DNA from: Candidatus Binatia bacterium
GTDB lineage: Bacteria; Desulfobacterota; Binatia; HRBIN30
Direction: 5' to 3'
Assembly: GCA_038245295.1 (NCBI GenBank)
Contig: JBBRSP010000018.1
Location: forward strand, 1 to 64,000
Length of the DNA: 64,000 nucleotides
The notes below the pieces were generated by a model, which saw only the letters and a program-made list of their open reading frames with translations, had not been told where the DNA came from and did not search any database. Position numbers and translations under genes: made by a program. Positions 63,486 to 64,000 of the stretch are shown here, piece by piece. Numbering within the stretch: position 1 is the first letter of the stretch; each line of letters begins with the position of its first letter.

Positions 63486-64000
63486 ATGCTGAGTGTCTCC
63501 CAACTCATCCTGGTTGCCGTCGCGGCGGTGGCGGCCGGCCTGGTGAATGCGATCGCCGGTGGCGGCACGCTCATCACCTTTCCGGCGTTGCTCGCCACCG
63601 GGATGCCGCCGATCGCCGCCAACATCACCAGCACGGTGGCCTTGTGCCCCGGCTTTCTCGGCGCCTTGCTGGCGCAGCGCGACGATCTGCGCGGTCAGAA
63701 ATCACGCATCGTCAAGTTCGTGCCCGCGGCCATGTTGGGTGGCATCTGCGGCGGCATCCTGCTGCTGAACACCAGCGACAAAGTCTTTCGTGGCCTGGTG
63801 CCGTTCCTGCTACTGCTTGCCTGCCTGCTATTGGCGTCGCAGGATCGCGTGCGCACGTGGCTCAGCACACGCCGCCACCCAACACGCGGCACAGAGCACT
63901 GGGCAATCCTACCGATCGGCATCGGGGCCATCTATGGCGGTTACTTCGGCGCCGGACTGAGTGTCATCATCCTGGCCGTTCTCGGCCTGCTGCTGGACGA
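63486..64000 (+). CDS. TauE/SafE family sulfite exporter (runs off the window)
   Basis: [43 protein letters not shown]; the frame is open to the end. Confidence 0.9.
   Translation, partial: MLSVSQLILVAVAAVAAGLVNAIAGGGTLITFPALLATGMPPIAANITSTVALCPGFLGALLAQRDDLRGQKSRIVKFVPAAMLGGICGGILLLNTSDKVFRGLVPFLLLLACLLLASQDRVRTWLSTRRHPTRGTEHWAILPIGIGAIYGGYFGAGLSVIILAVLGLLLD

Overview
High-GC bacterial chromosomal window. The cysteine-rich secreted proteins and the 'GDCN..VTIDEL..VN.AL' dockerin-like tail suggest a deltaproteobacterial-type organism such as Candidatus Binatota (inference only). Left arm: an IS1182-family transposase, then a wHTH-AAA-TPR (STAND-like) regulator transcribed divergently from a small conserved-looking ORF and a 3,328-aa mosaic surface protein. 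That two-gene module is bracketed by a ~120-bp direct repeat carrying the putative promoter/operator. The middle and right are mostly metabolic and housekeeping genes: GSTs, xthA, nitronate monooxygenase, a sulfatase-like protein, CoA transferases, ABC exporters, acyl-CoA ligase, cysK, an aminotransferase and TauE. Interspersed are further secreted proteins (an FG-GAP protein, a cohesin/dockerin-like scaffold, a propeller-in-propeller protein), a DUF4258/YgiT toxin-antitoxin pair, a GIY-YIG nuclease, an orphan MotA/MotB-like pair, about five gene remnants and at least six families of palindromic or short repeats. These repeats include nested MITE-like elements inserted in REP hairpin loops. 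No rRNA, tRNA or CRISPR array was seen. All family assignments come from motif recognition by eye, not database searches.
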